Under the pieces are notes generated by a model. That model worked only from the letters and a program-made list of their open reading frames with translations. It was not told the DNA's origin and made no database searches. A stretch of DNA of 41,078 nt from Octopus bimaculoides (lineage: Eukaryota): assembly GCF_001194135.2 (NCBI RefSeq), contig NC_068982.1:57255327-57296404 (forward strand), written 5' to 3'. The translations under genes were made by a program, and so were the position numbers. This document shows, in pieces, positions 12,031 through 23,057 of the stretch (positions are counted from its first letter, which is position 1; every line of letters begins with the position of its first letter).

Positions 12031-13148
12031 TTCATAAAATAGGGGCTTCTGGAAAGTTGAGTTAATGATTGTTTCGAATCCTGGATGAAACCAAGACACT
12101 TTTGTTCGTTAGTTACGTACGTATCCTTGTTCTACGTAAGAAATCGATATGTTCAGTAATGCAAGCTATTAATCTAGTGCATTACACCACATTAATATAT
12201 TTCATTAATAAATACATTACTATCTCTTGATAAAGTTAACGACAATTCAATGGTATGATCGATGTCATCTGTTTTTGGAGTTTATTAGCAAAGTTAATAT
12301 GACTTTCCTTATACAGGTGAATTTCTTTTATAGTTTCGAAATCTAAGACGTCTTATCAGTTTCTTGGTTGTGGCCATTCCACTTATATGAAACTCAATTT
12401 AATCTTCTGGTTTAAATAACATTACCATACGCATAATTTCTTTGCCATAAATCTAATGTAACTAATTAACCTGTCTCAATGAATCTTTCTTCGCCTACGT
12501 ATACTGGCTGTAGTTATTATTCTACAGGCGGTGAATGATACAACTAACCTGCCCAAATGTTATACATATCTCTGCTGTCAATCTTTCGTAAAGTGATGTG
12601 AAATCGTTATATACGAAAGACAGTGCATCTTCTGAACGCCAAAACAATCTTTTCGTATATTTAAATATATTATGTTATTATGCACGAAGTCAAAATTGAT
12701 ACATAACTCTGTATGGAATATTCATTAGTTTGGAGATGACTTTTTGACATCATCACATCTTTTTACATTGTTCATGAGATTCTTAATCTAACTATAAAAC
12801 CTGTTCTGACGATAGAAAAATAATTTCTGTATCGATACGCAATATTGAATCTTCGCAAAGAGACACGTATTATTATGTTCTACAATGTGACATTCTGGAT
12901 CGCTGGTTTTTAAACTCAATATGTATGTCAAACATAGTATTGTTGCTGTTGTTGGTTTTTGTTTAGCCCAATGTAAAACGAATCGAGCAAACCTTTGACC
13001 AAAAGCGCTCTAGTTGTGACCATCCTGTCTTTTTATAGGCACAGATCTGTATATTATTTTAATGGGATCTTTTTTGAGACGAAATTTATCGAAATTGATA
13101 AAATAAGTACCAGTCAAGTTCTGTTGTCGATAGTAGCGGATCTCTTCA

Positions 13149-13965
13149 GTTTGGCTCACAGATTTTTTAAATAAGGTTTGAAACTTCCGTATACTGGTGT
13201 AATTTCTCACGCTTAACACGTATTTTAGAGGTTATTTCGTGTTAAAGTTGTCGTATTTGAGCACCCATCAACAACGTGTATTCAGCTGAATAAACCTACT
13301 GTTGTTTGCGATAGTAATCGAAGAGCTACAACTTCCGGGTCATCTCTACTAAATGTATTTTTCCACCACGTGTGGATTATTCGGTGTGTTCTTTAGCTTG
13401 GCTGCTTTTTTTTTTGTGGTGGGGGGCTTACTTGTGGATATTTTTACTTCCTGCCTGTGATTATTTTCACCACTCTGTTCTATTTTATTTTTGTTTCCTG
13501 CCTGTGTTGCATATTGCACGCTTTGTTTTGCTTTTCCTTTGTCTTTTTTTCCCTTTTTGATCGCCCCTGTAGAGATGACCCGGAAGTTGTTGCTCTTCGA
13601 TTACTATCGCAAACAGCAGTAAGTTTGTTCAGCTGAATACACGTCACTGATTGGTTAAAATTACCCCAATACGACAACTTTAACACGAAATAACTTCTAA
13701 AATACGAAATTTTGTCAAAAATGTTGAAAGTAAACCGTGTTCTACGTGATCAATTATACCAGTATACGAAGTTTCAAACTGTTTAGTTAAAAAAAGATTG
13801 TTCAATCTTTGAGCCAAACCCTGAATACACGTCACTGATTGGTTGAAATTACCGAAATACGACAACTTTAACATGAAATAACTTCGAAAATAGAAACTTT
13901 TCTCAACAACGCTAAGAGAAAAAGATGTTCTATATGACACATTCTACCAGTATACGAAGTAAAAT
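13149..13965. mobile_element. foldback-type element with ~200-250-bp inverted arms plus an extra partial arm
   Basis: Left arm 13149-13349 is the inverse of right arm 13568-13820 (e.g. CGATAGTAATCGAAGAGC..ACTTCCGGGTCATCTCTAC). 13821-13965 directly repeats part of the right arm. Confidence 0.75.
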
Positions 13966-14124
13966 TAATTAATCGAGCTGCCTATGAAAAGTAAAAGATC
14001 CAAACCCCTGCTAAAGATTTCTTGCTTTGTCTCTACTTTAGAAAATATTATTATTACGAAAGACGACCAGACTTGTTATGAGAGTCGGACAAGACGCCTG
14101 TTAAAATATTTCTTACAGATTTTA

Positions 14125-14673
14125 AGGCGGCGAGCTGGCAGAAACGTTAGCATATTGGGCGAAATGCTTACTTTGTCCTTGTTTGTCCTCTGTATGTTTA
14201 GCCGCTTGTGGGCAATAAAGAAATAAGAAGCGTTCGCACATCGGACGGAATGCTTAGAGGTATTTCGTCTGTCGTTACATTCTGAGTTCAAATTTTGCCG
14301 AGATCGACTTTGCCTTTCATCCTTTCGGGGTCGGTTAAATAAGTACCAGTTACGCACTAGGGTCGATGTAATCAACTTAATCCTTTTGTCTGTCCTTGTT
14401 TGTCCCCTCTATGTTTAGCCCACTGTGGGCAATAAAGAAATAAATATTTGTTACGGATTTTAAGGCGGCGAGCTGGCAGGAACGTTAGCACGTCGGGCGA
14501 AATACTTAGCAGTATTTCGTCTGTCTACGTTCTGAGTTCAAATTCCGCCGAAGTGGACTTTGCATTTCATCCTTTCGGGGTCGATAAATTGAGTACCAGT
14601 TGCGTCCTGGAGTCGATCTAATCGACTGGGCCCTTCCTCCAAAATTACGGGCCTTGTTCCTTGAGTAGAAAAG
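14125..14673 (+). mobile_element. SINE family B cluster (two copies plus nested tail fragment)
   Basis: Heads at 14125 and 14463, two different 3' tails, and a 20-bp target sequence present three times. Confidence 0.9.
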
Positions 14674-14954
14674 AATATTTGTTACAGATTTTATTTCTTT
14701 TTTTTATATTATGAGTTTAAATCCTGCTTACATCTTTCCGGCGTCGATACATTACAGTATCAGTGAAATACTTGGTTCGAAGTAATAAGCTGTTTCTTCC
14801 TTTCAAACGACTTGCTTTGTGCCTTCGTTCGAAATTATTTTAATATTTGTTAACTTTTATTTGTAAAATACTTGGATAGTCCCTTTAATGATGTAAAAAG
14901 AAAAAAAACAAACATCCACAAAAGTGTTTGAATTAAAAAAATGTTATGTGCAGA

Positions 14955-15120
14955 TGCCTTACAGAGTATCCAAATGTTCTGAGTTCAAATTCTGCTGAGT
15001 GTACCTTTGAGTTTCCTCTTTTCGGGGTTAATAAAAAAAATTATCACTTAAGTACTGGATTCGATGTAATCGACTTATCTCTTCCACTAAAACTACTAGC
15101 CTTGGGCTAAAATAGGAAAT
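14955..15120 (+). mobile_element. SINE family B, degenerate
   Basis: TTCTGAGTTCAAATTC..CCTCTTTTCGGGG..TCGATGTAATCGACTTA. Confidence 0.7.
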
Positions 15121-16623
15121 AACATCGATAGAGCATTGTTAATATTGCTAATATATTATTGAAATTACTAATATGCGAATAATATTATCAATAATATTAC
15201 TAATATGGCTCTAGGACATAACTATATCCGAACTTAAGATAACATCGATCTGCATCAAATTTGAACTTTTACTTTCATGAAGTAAAGTTGTGTAGCCTCA
15301 TATGGAGATTAGCTTTGATTCGTTACTGTATTTCCAAGTATATTTGGTAGGCGACATTGTAAAATATCTTGATAAAATGTGATACATAGTTTTAGAAAAT
15401 ACACTTCAGAATTAGCATGGCTAATATGTTTATTGGCGAAAGTCTGCTTCCATATGATAGATGTTAATGCTTTTATTGTGTAGTCTTGTTTAGACTGAAT
15501 TTATTCGTCCAGGCCAGAGTAATTAATGTATTTACACGCGGAAGTATTAACAACGTAAATGTATGGTGTTATTATTGTATCAAGTGGTTGTCTTAGGTAC
15601 TATCAGTATGGTTGCATCTGGTGTTGTCTCAGATTTGTATTTCATTCATTCAAATTTCTAATCAACTCCTTTCTTTCGACTGCACTGATAATCGATTTGT
15701 TACCTTTTGTGTGACAACAGTCAATAAAGATATGCTGCAAACTTATTGTGACTTAGAAACAAATGAGAAACATTAATAACTGCCATTTTAAACTGCGCCC
15801 TGATATTGAATAATTGCCTGTCGCGCTCTCTTGTTCATGGGATGTCAATTTGATATTTTATGTGTTTGAATGGTAAGGTTCTCTTGTAAATCACACAATT
15901 CAAAGTTCAATCTCACTAGGTTGCTTCATGGGCAACTCTATATTCAACCTATGCCTTGTCAGTGAGATTAAATAGACAGAAATGCTAAGAAGGTCATGGA
16001 ATGTACCTACAAACAAAACGTCCAGTCTTGCCAGAGCGTGTTTAGTTTATTCCGCTTGAGAAATACACAATTCAGTGAAATACAGGACAATTTACACGGT
16101 AGTTCATTGGGCTCGGAAAATCTGATCACTTAAGATGGATTTAACGATTAGGTTATATAGAATAGAACCGTTGTAAGGTATATTCCAGTCTAGCACTACG
16201 ACAGTATGTATGTGTTCTCTTTCTCTTTTTAATTTAGAGTAAATTTAACCGGCCATCTACTTGATAGTAATGTTGTATGTATGTATCTGTGAGTGGTTGC
16301 AATATAGCTGGTGTTGCAGCTGTATTAAGGATAATTTATTATATCTTTGCTCTGAGAGTGAGTGCTTGAAAATATTTTGATTGTATCCTACTCAATGATA
16401 TCATAGAATTTAAATAATATGATATTTAATATGAAATATAATAATACGATTTTCGACAGCAAAGTCATTAATTTACATATTAAAGAAACAATCACAGATT
16501 AACAATTACCATGAGATTCTCGAATGTCAATAATTTATTACTTCATTTACATATTGCAGCCCACTCATTATAAAAACGCTGTGTCTCTCCATACATGCAT
16601 AACGGTTTCAATACTAGATTACA

Positions 16624-18230
16624 AATTTCGTCGAGCAGTCTGGTGAGCTGAGGTTTGATTGCTGTTGTTTGAATTGTGGATTGTTTTGTGCTGCTTTGCA
16701 GCGGTTTTCTTGTGCTTTCTCTCGATTTTTTTCGAGAGATAGCCATGGCAAAAAGGATGTTTTGTTTTGGTGGTTCCGAGTTGTCCTCTTCGGAAGAGGA
16801 GCTGGTACTTGCTGTCGACGGGATGGATAGGTGCCTGGGGAGGGGACGTTTTTCAGAAGTGGAAGAGGTGGAGAAAAGGGAGGTGGACTTTTCAAATATT
16901 GAAGGATTTGAGGAGGTGGTGACGTTGAGCTGTCCAGAAGATAGTGGACGAGATGGATAGGAGGACTATGGTATGCAGGGTGTACTCGGTGGAAGAGGGG
17001 AAGGCGGAACATGTAGAAGCTGAAATTATGGAAAGGGCGTTGTGCTCAGTCTGGCGGGACATGGCGTATCTGGCCGGAGGAGGTAAATTCGGAGTTATTG
17101 TAGTCCATTACAGGACGGAGGTCAGGGCAATGGAGCACGCTATGGAGACAGTAAAATCGGAAAAGGTGGTCCTTCTACCCACTTGTTTGGGAAGAGAGAC
17201 TTCCGGGATTGGGGTGGAGGGAGTCCCACCAGAGGTGGATGTGGCTTGGGTCGCGGCGGCTATTCTTCTGGGAGGTGGGGAGGAAGTGGTCGTCCTCCAA
17301 GCCACAGGGGTGGAGGGCTCGATTTGGAAGGGCGAGCAGTGAATCTGGTTGTGCAGGGTGCGGTGGAAGCACTGGAGGGTTTGGTGGAAGCGGTATCAGT
17401 CGGAGGTGTAGTGTTGAAAGTGTAAGTGTAGGGCAGGACTCCTCGTTCTTTTAAATGTGGCCAAAAAGGCTACATTAGAGCACACTGCCCTCTGCAGAAG
17501 CAGACTACGGAAAGGATGGACAAGATGCCGGAAAAAGAGCAAGAGGAGGAAAAGGGAAGAGAAGAAGCATGGACAATTGCAGAAGAAAGAAGGGAAAAGA
17601 GGAAGTAAGAACAGCGCGCTTTGGAACCCTAAACCTTACCCACCCCACCCATATCCTCTCAGATCCACCCTCTCCCCACAGACACCGAACCCACCCATCT
17701 CCCTCCTACATAATCCAAAAAGAAATGCAATCACAGCAAAGTACAAAGAATTCCCCTCCCCGTGAAGTAAATTACGTTTGTATATTGACGAACAAAGAGA
17801 AGAGGGAACTAATTCGGAAAGTAACAGATTGGAAAACGGCAAAATTTGTCGGTACAGAAAGATATATGAACATAGTAGGGTGGCACATGTGTTTGCTACT
17901 TTCAGAAAAGCAGGTAGAAGAAGTGAGGAAATACAAAAGAGGTTATAAGTTCTGGAAAATCAATACAGACGCTAAAAGGATACCAGACAGCACAGGATAT
18001 GAAGAACTATTAGAGGAATTTGGTGTAGATGTGGTAAAAGGACTCCCAAGGAAGTAAGTGATGCTGCTTGAGGTGGGGCAAGTAGCACATTTTCATTATC
18101 ATTTTATCATTCATCTTATCATACGTTTAATTCTATTTTTTCAGTTTTATTTAGTTTCGTGTTATGTGTCCCCACATGTGTTTGTGTTGACCCCTCTGTA
18201 TGGGCCCCTTGTAGGCAATATAGAAAGAAA
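16624..18230 (+). mobile_element. ORF1-only non-LTR retroelement (HAL1-like), full unit with TSD
   Basis: 24-bp TSD TAACGGTTTCAATACTAGATTACA (16600-16623) and TAACTGTTTCAATACTAGTTTACA (18231-18254). 121-nt 5' UTR, gag-like frame, 3' tail ending GGCAATATAGAAAGAAA. Confidence 0.85.
16745..18057 (+). pseudogene. L1/Tx1-type ORF1 (gag-like) pseudogene with CCHC zinc knuckle
   Basis: Stitched across frameshifts: MAKRMFCFGG.. / RRTMVCRVYS..LLPTCLGRETSGIGVEGVPPEVDVAWVAAA / VLKV*V*GRTPRSFKCGQKGYIRAHCP (knuckle 17447-17491) / C-terminal frame 17569-18057. Confidence 0.75.
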
Positions 18231-18424
18231 TAACTGTTTCAATACTAGTTTACAGTTTGCATCCCATTTCAAATTGGAATATATTTCCTTAATTTTATAA
18301 CTTCTTAAGGTTATCTCTCCTACCTTAATATTCTACAAAATATATTAAATGTTCTTGTAAGCTAATACTGTGTTCTACTGTGTTAGCAGTACTATTGAAT
18401 CTTTTGTTAAGTAATTTTGTTTCT

Positions 18425-18530
18425 AATCTCGGTATGAAGCCAGCAAATTTGAACTCTGAATGTAAAGAACTGGAGAAAAAAGCATTAGACATTCTTCCGA
18501 ACGTTTCAACAATTTTCCCAGCTCGCCACC
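18425..18530 (-). mobile_element. SINE family B 5' half, degenerate
   Basis: AAATTTGAACTCTGAATGTAAAGA..CCAGCTCGCCACC. Confidence 0.55.
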
Positions 18531-18934
18531 TATAGATTTGCTAAAACTGAAAAGTAGTTCAATGATCCTATCTTAATGAATCTCGAGTTATCTTCGTGTA
18601 TATAAAATTATATATCTGTGAAATCTCTATGCATTTTTATTTTCATTTAACAATCAAAAGAACTGGTCGATTATTTATTATTATTTTTTAATATTATTTT
18701 TTTTAGTTTTTCTGCTTGACTATATATTTCTTCTTCTTTACGCACAAACGTATCATATTTATTTAAAATCAGCAGCGGTACCTAGCCTTGCCTAGCTTTA
18801 TAGAAATCTATCAGGAAAAGTTATATACCCTAAGACTTTCATGTCAGAGGTACCCCCTTTGCAGGGTTTCAAGTACATGGTGTGGCCTTCAACTGGAACA
18901 TTCACACTCGCATTCTCTTTTACATACATTGATT

Positions 18935-19091
18935 TCAAATTTGGCATAACGCCAGCAATTTTTGGGGAGGCGGTAAATCACTTACATCGACCCCACCAGA
19001 GTTGAATTGGTACTTATTTTATCGACGCCCCACCCAACCCCAAGAGATGAATCACAAAGTCTATTCCGACAGCATTCGAACTTAGAACATA
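18935..19091 (-). mobile_element. SINE family B 3' half
   Basis: TTACATCGACCCCA..GGTACTTATTTTATCGAC; runs into the gap. Confidence 0.65.
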
Positions 19092-19610
19092 NNNNNNNNN
19101 NNNNNNNNNNNNNNNNNNNNNNNNNNNNNNNNNNNNNNNNNNNNNNNNNNNNNNNNNNNNNNNNNNNNNNNNNNNNNNNNNNNNNNNNNNNNNNNNNNNN
19201 NNNNNNNNNNNNNNNNNNNNNNNNNNNNNNNNNNNNNNNNNNNNNNNNNNNNNNNNNNNNNNNNNNNNNNNNNNNNNNNNNNNNNNNNNNNNNNNNNNNN
19301 NNNNNNNNNNNNNNNNNNNNNNNNNNNNNNNNNNNNNNNNNNNNNNNNNNNNNNNNNNNNNNNNNNNNNNNNNNNNNNNNNNNNNNNNNNNNNNNNNNNN
19401 NNNNNNNNNNNNNNNNNNNNNNNNNNNNNNNNNNNNNNNNNNNNNNNNNNNNNNNNNNNNNNNNNNNNNNNNNNNNNNNNNNNNNNNNNNNNNNNNNNNN
19501 NNNNNNNNNNNNNNNNNNNNNNNNNNNNNNNNNNNNNNNNNNNNNNNNNNNNNNNNNNNNNNNNNNNNNNNNNNNNNNNNNNNNNNNNNNNNNNNNNNNN
19601 NNNNNNNNNT

Positions 19611-19852
19611 CCCAGACCGGGCGTTGTGAGTGTTTATTGAGCGAAAACACCTAAAGCTCCATGAGGCTCCGGCAGGGGGTGGTGGGGATCCCTGTTGTAC
19701 TCTTTCGCCTCAACTTTCTCTCACTCTTTCTTCCTGTTTCTTGCGTAACGCTGCGATGGCCTGGCGTCCCGTCCAGCTGGGGGGGGGGGACACAAACGCC
19801 AAAGAAACCGGGAAACCGGGCCCAGGAGCCTGGCTAGGCTTTGAAAGGGCGT
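19611..19852 (+). mobile_element. SINE family A variant with alternative 3' module (V-domain-like)
   Basis: Matches family A to TTCCTGTTTC (19740), then CTGCGATGGCCTGGCGTCCCGTCCAG replaces the usual 3' module. Confidence 0.8.
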
Positions 19853-20254
19853 GAGAAAAGAAGTGAAAAATCAATGTGACGGATGTGCTTGCTTTTTGCT
19901 GCGTGACAAATTAAACCTTGCTGTAATATTTGACACTGCTGAACGTCAAGCATCTTCTACGTTTTTCAGCATTGAACGATATTTGGTTTTAATAAGTGTT
20001 AAAGCTGAAAAAGTCGTTTCACATAGGTATTTGGTGCTAAATGACAAAAGAACATGCAACAACATTTCAGAAATCACATATAAACTGAAATTCAAGTGTT
20101 TGAATCTAATTTTCGCGACCCATAGTTTATGAAGCGCTGATGTAGATGACAGTCGTAGAAAACGCGAATTGTGTGGGATGTTGATGTAATACGATCAGAT
20201 ATTGATTCAGTACAACTACATGGGAGGTTATTATATTAGTTTCATATTTTGGGG

Positions 20255-20425
20255 TAGTGGGCAAGTCGATTACATCGACCCCACTGTTCAACTGATACTT
20301 ATCTTATCGACCCCGAAAGTATGAAAAACAAAGTCGACCTCGGCGGCATTTGAACTCAGAAAGTAAAAACGGACGAAATGAGCATTTTTCTCTGAGTGCT
20401 TAGCGATTCTCCCAACTCACCACTT
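20255..20425 (-). mobile_element. SINE family B
   Basis: GTCGATTACATCGACCCCA..TCGACCCCGAAAG..AAAGTCGACCTCGGCGGCATTTGAACTCAGAA. Confidence 0.85.
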
Positions 20426-20459
20426 GTGTGGTGATGATTGCGTGGAGTTGGGTGATGAT

Positions 20460-20690
20460 TGTGTGGCGTTTCTGTTGTGTGGGTTGTATTATTTTGTTCG
20501 GTAGTCATTGGGAGCTGATTGTAAAGAGTATGTAGTGTTATATTGATTGATGATGATTTTGTTGAGCTGCGATTCATGACGTGACCTAAGTTATCTAGCT
20601 GTAATCCTTACTTAAGCTTTGTTGATCCACATCAAGTTTCATGAGACCAATGAAGTTACTATTCTTGTTTTTTCATTTAGAAAATATATC
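20460..20690 (-). repeat. diverged duplicated module (copy X; copies Y 23376-23610, Z 23150-23320)
   Basis: AAGCTTTGTTG.TCCA...CAAG.TTCAT.AGAC.AA..AAGT.AC and GGAG.TGATTGTAAA..GTATGT are shared between X and Y. Confidence 0.6.
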
Positions 20691-21464
20691 TTCAGATGAA
20701 ACATGTAGGTCTACATTATACAAGGAGTTTCACCCTGTTAATGTCAGCGGTTCTTTCCTTTTCCATTCTTAATGCTCTCAGTGGTAGCGGAAATGGCACA
20801 GCGGCGACCAAAGCACAGTGTTGTATTCAGATTCGCCTCGATTATGTCCCTTTAAAAAAAGTATTTAAGTTGCTACAATCGGCAAAACTCTTTGAAGACG
20901 ATGTCCCAGCAGGACCTTATTTCATTGAATGAAACTTATAAAAGATTAAGAAAAAAAATAGAATACAGCTAGAATCTAATTCCATTAATTCTATAACTGC
21001 AAATCCTTTTTGTATAACCTTTCTCTTATATTTATTGAAGTAGTTGCGTTATTTTACCCAGAATTATATTGACTCATTCATTCTATTTCTTATCCTTATC
21101 TATTATTCAATACTTTATTGTACGCACGATCTTCCTTATTCTATTCGTCATTCTGTTAACAATGTTAATTTCCTTGTTAATCTAGATAGGAAGGGCTCTG
21201 TTCAAGACCTATGACAAAGCAAGGGAAATCCCTTCTGAATGACCCTATACATTATATCCATCCTATATTTCCAGGCATCATTCCGTTCGATATTATTCCT
21301 ATTTTCACACACATACTCCTCTCCTCCCGCTCTCTCTCTCCCCCCACACACGCACACACACATCTCCCTTGTTTGTAAGCATTTCTATCGCCTTCAATTC
21401 CTTCTATGTCTTCTTCTCTCTCTTCATTTTACTATCTATTTTATTTCTATGTTTACTGTATGGC

Positions 21465-21849
21465 GTGGAGGCGCAATGGCCCAGTGGTTAGGGCAGCGGA
21501 CTCGCGGTCATAGGATCGCGGTTTCGATTCCCAGACCGGGCGTTGTGAGTGTTTATTGAGCGAAAACACCTAAAGTTCCACGAGGCTCCGACAGGCGATG
21601 GTGGAGAACCCTGCTGTACTCATTCACCACAACTTTCTCTCTTACTTCCTGTTTCTGTTGCGCCTGTGGTTCAAAGGGGCCAGCCTTGTCACACTGTGTC
21701 ACGCTGAATATCCCCGAGAACTACGTTAAGGGTACGCGTGTCTGTGGAGTGCTCAGCCACTTGCACGTTAATTTCACGAGCAGGCTGTTCCGTTGCTCGG
21801 ATCAACTGGAACCCTCGACGCCGTAAGCGACGGAGTGCCAACAACATTA
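21465..21849 (+). mobile_element. tRNA-derived SINE family A, full length
   Basis: A/B boxes, (CAA)n-like tail, perfect 12-bp TSD TTACTGTATGGC (21453-21464, 21850-21861). Confidence 0.95.
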
Positions 21850-22683
21850 TTACTGTATGGCACAATGAGATAAACATTAACCCAATCACATCAAACATTA
21901 AACAAAATTACCAGTAAAACTACTAACTTATTTCCTTCAATCTACACTTTATTTCCTTTCTCTTCTGCGTACAGTTTCTAATGATTCTAACCTGTTTCTC
22001 TCCATTTGCAAACTTTTCCCCCAACTCACTGATTGGCAACATTCCTTCCAGAAACCTTTTCTATTCAACTAAAGCACTCCGTTTTCTCTGTCACCCTTCC
22101 GCCAACTCTTAAGTATTCAAAGCGTTTATTTATGCTTTATTATCTTTTTTTATCAAATATACATTTATATATTTTTTTCTTTGTAGGATTTTTTGATGAT
22201 TGCACAAAAAATAACTGTATAATCAATTGAATGAGACGGCCAAATAATTAAGAACTAATTGACCAATTCCGGATCATTAATATTATTTTTCAGCAGTATT
22301 TTTTAATTGCATGCTTTCACAGCACTATCGAGTGCATCTCCGTGTGCCTTGAGTACGTGCAGTATTTTTTTTCAGTCGTTCTGAACTCTGATGTATTGAA
22401 AATACTCTATGTAACAAGTATGCAGTGCCTAGTAATGTTATTTTCTCTATTTTGTATATATGTGTAGCTCAGGTAATTTTTGTTTTGTATTTACCGTTGC
22501 ATTTAAAAAAAGTTTTTTTTTGTAAGGCACCTATTATCAGAGAATTTTTTTCTGTTTTCAATCGACAGAACGTTTTTTTTTTTTTTTCTGTTTCTAGATA
22601 TTTCTATTTGTTTAAGCAAAGTAGCTAGTTAGAAAATCTTCTGTCGACTGCAAGAAAATGGTAGGGGTTCGCTCCCCTGGTTG

Positions 22684-22686
<3 letters not shown>

Positions 22687-22752
<66 letters not shown>
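22687..22752. repeat. (TA)n microsatellite
   Basis: Perfect TA run. Confidence 0.95.
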
Positions 22753-22756
<4 letters not shown>

Positions 22757-22820
22757 GTGTAGATGGCATCTATAACCAGCTGGCGATAAACATATATTTG
22801 TTTTAAGTTTTCCTGTTAAA

Positions 22821-23057
22821 CAAATGGTTCTTAACTAGGGTCCATATAAGATTTTGCTCTTAAAATTTATGTGCAATAAATTAGTTATATTTCTACAATA
22901 CACAAAATATTTTAGTCTTTTATACAATTCCTAATAATATTTAATTACAAAAACACAATAGGATTTTTTTAATATATACATCGAATCGCTATAGAGGTCC
23001 AGTTGAGGAAAACAAGAATCAAGGGGTCCATAGGCGAAAAATTGTTGAGAACCTTTG
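22821..23057. mobile_element. hAT-like MITE
   Basis: Ends CAAATGGTTCTTAAC / GTTGAGAACCTTTG; subterminal GGGTCCATA; homologous to 32399-32736. TSD not clean. Confidence 0.6.

Noticed and set aside
16047-16069. Resemblance to miR-137 mature sequence
   Set aside because: Seed is disrupted by insertions and no precursor hairpin is evident.
17108-17372. Pro/Ser-rich minus-strand ORFs over the ORF1 element (also 16614-17012, 27918-28652)
   Set aside because: Antisense shadows of the G-rich plus-strand ORF1 relics.
20137-20166. CTGATGT..GAAAACGCG hammerhead-like spacing
   Set aside because: Core mismatches and no convincing stem II or stem I.
21465-21545. tRNA gene-like A/B boxes (also 10760-10835, 38326-38400)
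   Set aside because: Heads of SINEs with shared bodies, tails and TSDs; no complete cloverleaf.
22598-22660. Strong acceptor plus exon ending ATG/GTAGGG (possible start exon); also minus-strand 74-nt candidate exon 24451-24524
   Set aside because: Splice-like motifs are common in AT-rich DNA; no linked gene model is supportable without transcripts.
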